Part shown: one piece after another, positions 60,295 to 64,000 of the stretch | Layout: the number at the start of each line of letters is the position of its first letter | How positions within the stretch are numbered: position 1 is the first letter of the stretch | Assembly: GCA_002269645.1 (NCBI GenBank) | Contig: NIVC01000438.1 | Coordinates: 411,379-475,378 of the forward strand | Length of the DNA: 64,000 nucleotides | Reading direction: 5' to 3' | Source: Macrostomum lignano | Taxonomy: Eukaryota | Notes under the pieces: generated by a model | Told to the model about the DNA's origin: nothing | The model's database searches: none | What the model saw: the letters and a program-made list of their open reading frames with translations, nothing else | Made by a program: the position numbers and the translations under genes

Positions 60295-63200
60295 TTTCAA
60301 CATGACTGTGACAATAATCTACTCACCCCATTTGTCACCAAACACAATCGGACAGACAAGAGGCTGAGCACCCCTTCGATCTATGTGGAAAGTTGGCAGA
60401 TAGCTGTAGTGAACTATCAGATCCGACTGCAATATGAAAGATTTTCAAGTGCAAACCAAAAGTCAGAGTGAAGTAGAAACGCGCCGCATCACGCCGCAGA
60501 ACTTACGCGTCTAGCTGGAATCTTTAAGTCGATATCAGGAAACACCAGTTCGCCACCTACCAGATCTTCCACTGGCTAAAAACATCGAACGTGTTTTTTA
60601 TTAATATAACTATTCGAAAACTTTTGGAACAGCTGGTAAAAAAAAAGATTCTCACAAAAACGATAGCCTCGGCAAGTCCGTTGTAGAATAAATCAGGCAG
60701 CTTTGGTGCCAGATGCGGCTTGTTGCTGATGCCGTGACCGTAGTTGAAAACCTTCCGAAACAAAAACCATAGTTACGAGTTTCTTAGCTACCAAACTGTA
60801 TAAAAAATAAAAATACAATGTCGCTCTGATCATGAAAATATCAAATCTAATTTTTCTACCTCGATAAATTTCTCCTGCGATACAAAATGCGCCGTTGCGT
60901 CCAGCCGGGTGACGAACTCAACTCTGCCGATGATCGCCTTGGTAGCGTTGGAATCGAACGGCAGCACTGGCTTTTTGAACGAGTGCACGCGCACTCTAAA
61001 GTAGGGGGGAGGGGGCGTTCGATTGTACATGGTATAATGATTCATAAATATGGATTCAGCAATAGTGAATTAGAAGATTGCTTTAACAACTTACTGAGTT
61101 AGTCTGTTGATCTCGTTTTTGGCCATATCCTTCTCTTTAGGCGCTTCAAAAATCTAAACAGTTGGAGATATCGGTAGAAAAACAAAACAATTTATAACCA
61201 GTAGCTTTCTTCTAGTTGTAATTTTTCAAGACACATTTAATGATTACTACGTAGATGTTAGCTCGTACTATAGAAATAATGCTCATTTCTGTTTTATACA
61301 TGTAGCTGAAAATATTTCGAACAAGACAACAAAAAGCTGTGGACACGGCACCACCGGATCTCCCTACGCGACACTGCGGCACTAAAGCTTCCCGTGGTTG
61401 TCATGGGTTCGCGGAATGGGCGCTGTATTGGGATGTCCGGCACCCCCTTGCCGCTAAGTCAAGAAATCATTCTATGACCCATAAAGTCTAATCTTCCATA
61501 TCTAACTATACCGTAATGTGCTGCTTAAAGTAATGCCCTAGGAGAAATCTATTTTAATCTGCAACCCAGAGTCATGTACAAATAAAGTGATTCAGAACCC
61601 CATGTAGGACCAACGTCTATTCGATCAAGGAACCCGATTTCAGCAGCTGTGTTTGTTTAACTCCATATATGGTAATGCTCCAACATGAATGACCGCTTAA
61701 TCAAACATGAATGACCTAAGTAAATATCCGATCGCAAACCGGATTTTTCCTAAAATTTTTCTATAAATATATGTCTCTAAGAAGACTTCGAAGAAACAAA
61801 GAAGACCAATCTCTGAGGGACGAAACTCTGTCCTATTGGTAAGCGCTTATACCAGATTAATTTTTGTTGCTAGCGTTAATAAGTTGATTACTTAAGTTTA
61901 CGAGAGCAGTTTATTTTCAATAAATTTCAGTTATCCGTTACGTTTCGGACGTAACGAAGAAGACGCCCTTCAGAAAGACCTATTACAAAAACTCAGAGAA
62001 TGCAGTTGTTCATAATGGCGCACGTGTCAATTCCAAGCTCTAGGACACCGTCAAGACTTCTGATTTTCGTCTCTCGCTTTTGGTCGACCCACAGATGAAG
62101 ACAAGGACTGATCTAAGCAACACTTCACAAAAGCCAAACCAAGACGTCTACAACTTATTTTTTTTATTAGAGGCAGGGGGGTTGTGTGCACCCTGGCGCA
62201 CTTTAAGCGACATGGCACACAACCGGCGAGAGGCATTACTGCCCATTCCGCCGACTCCCCTGAGCAGGCATACAAGCGCGCGGATACGTACGCAGGCACA
62301 CACTCACACAGGAGTGTACAGCGGCCCTAACTTTATATTATCGTTAGGCATGTACACTTCACTGCGCCTTGGGGGGTTGGCTCTCAAGGCCGTTAATTGC
62401 ACGAGCAGAGCCAAGCCGAGATTCCAATTGAGCCCCAAATTAATGCGACTGCACTTGGAATCGAGCCTGGGTCGCTGGCACACCAGAGCCTGCGCTAGAC
62501 TGCTGGGCTACGCCCCCCCCCCCCCCCCCCCGACGTCTACAAATACAAGAGGATCCGCTCTAGTGAGAGATATTTCATTTAGCACATACCTAGGCACTTG
62601 TTCCCCAGTGTCTAGAAGTGAGAGTTTTCGAGTGACTGATCACCACTCTTAAACTCTTCATTTCTTTAAAATCTTCTTCTATCTTCTAGAAGCTAAAAAC
62701 TGTCTTAAGCTACTTAATTCTAACGGTCTTTAAGCTTTCGCGACAGAAGTGGTAGAAGTGGTTCAACAAGCCCCAATCGGGAGGACCAAAAAAATAAGCT
62801 TACTCGATTCTCAGCCTCGAGCAGAAGCGACTCGGCCTGACTGGCATTAGTGAACACGTCGCTGTAGCGCACTATAAAAGGTGACCGAGAGAGAATCTCC
62901 TTCCGAATCGGATACCAGCCGTTGTAGGGTCGCCAGAATTCGCAAATTAGCAGTGGACTCGCCTGAAGTGGAAAGTAGTATATAATATCAGCTAACTCCA
63001 GAGGACGCACATTTCTATGGCGGATTAAGTAATATATATTCGCCGGGGTTCCCGCAACATGGTCTCACAACGAAGGGCAAAGCGGTTCTGCCCATTCCGA
63101 TGACTCATGAAGACATACAAGCATTCGGATACTGTACGCAGGCATAACTCATAGACACGCTGACATATAATCTATAGCTCCCCTCCCATTTTTAGATTAA

Positions 63201-64000
63201 TTTTCTTACCGAAATTGTTGCCGCTCGAGCCGCCACCTCGTCGTCGTCAGGCTCAAGGATGCCTCGGCGATATGGATTGCAGAGACGTCTGTATCGCTGG
63301 AACTTTTCGCGCGATTCCGTCAGCACAGAAGCGGAAGATGTTGCTGCAGTGGCAGCGTTGGAGACGATGCCAAAGTCGCGTTCCAGACTTGAAGCCGAGC
63401 GACTCGACTCCAGGGCGAAGTCGGCCGGCTCTCCGCGTCGATTCGCCGAAATGTAGGCGAGGTCGGCGTCCACTCCGCGCATATCGGCACCACTTGGAGC
63501 TATTGAAGCTTTGTACTCCGTGAGCGCTTCGATCGCTTTGTCGAATTCTTTCATCTGAGTTTAAGTAAAATTGTATAAAAAATTACCCCTAATGTAGTGA
63601 GTACTGTTTCGCTCCAAATTTTCTAAACCTACCTAGTTTAGTTCTTAACCTAAACTAAAGTAAACAGTACTTTTAAATGTACACATTAAACCTCTCTAGA
63701 GTACACAACGCGGTGCTAAATCACTCTGAAAGTATACTTGACCAAATCACTCCGAAAGTACACATGACCAAATATCTCCGAAGGTACAGTGTACCCATGA
63801 ACAAATCACTCCGAAGGTACCCATGACCAAATCACTCCCAAAGTACATAGTGCTCTACTTATCACGAATCCAATCAGCATTACCTGATAGTAGGCTTTGC
63901 CCAGAACTCTGTACAGCGATCTGGTTGGCTGCTCGCCCAGTTCATTCTTCATATTTTCTATCCGCTCGCGCCTCAGATACTCCCCGAGTTCCGCCGTCTG
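59611..64000 (-). CDS. Prolyl 4-hydroxylase alpha-subunit-like protein, 5' truncated by the window; exons >64000-63884, 63554-63210, 62962-62804, (62635-62590?), 60995-60860, 60751-60656, 60575-60507, 60426-60327, 60023-59611
   Basis: [30 protein letters not shown] (P4HA linker), [29 protein letters not shown] align colinearly to P4HA1. The candidate 46-nt exon is 1 nt short of frame. Confidence 0.85.
60124..60292. repeat. (CTGT)n microsatellite, last intron of the P4H-like gene
   Basis: Direct sequence. Confidence 0.97.
62154..62531 (-). mobile_element. SINE family 1, full length with 11-bp TSD, in a P4H-like intron
   Basis: TSD GACGTCTACAA at 62143-62153 and 62532-62542; 5' G-run of 19. 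Confidence 0.92.
63718..63846. repeat. Degenerate ~26-bp tandem repeat (AAATCACTCCGAAAGTACACATGACC), ~5 copies, P4H-like intron
   Basis: Direct sequence. Confidence 0.8.

Overview
Eukaryotic (metazoan) genomic DNA with GT-AG introns. The CpG/GC-rich exons, (CAGA)n runs and minisatellite-filled introns look like a free-living flatworm such as Macrostomum, but this is inference only. Seven protein-coding genes are supported. (1) A minus-strand, putatively myristoylated protein of about four uncharacterised ~120-aa repeats (3.0-8.6 kb), with a frameshifted last exon. (2) Dymeclin (DYM, 5 exons, minus). (3) LIN7 (2 exons, plus), divergent from DYM. (4) A SMARCE1/BAF57-like HMG gene. (5) An ~18-kb minus-strand TRP channel combining N-terminal ankyrin repeats with a TRPM-type membrane domain. 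(6) An intronless type II membrane protein with two Methyltransf_22/METTL24-like domains. (7) A prolyl-4-hydroxylase alpha-like gene that runs off the window end and has lost two of its three iron ligands. Mobile DNA comprises a decayed mariner with TIRs, a 700-bp foldback MITE, six copies of a tRNA-derived SINE (three full length with TSDs) and two copies of a CORE-like SINE. Most introns carry their own private tandem array, the largest being 7.5 kb with higher-order repeats; the long ORFs called inside these arrays are artefacts. The best leads are the ankyrin-TRPM chimera, the P4H pseudoenzyme, the one-satellite-per-intron pattern and a local CpG-deamination domain around DYM/LIN7. Exon boundaries were assigned by hand.
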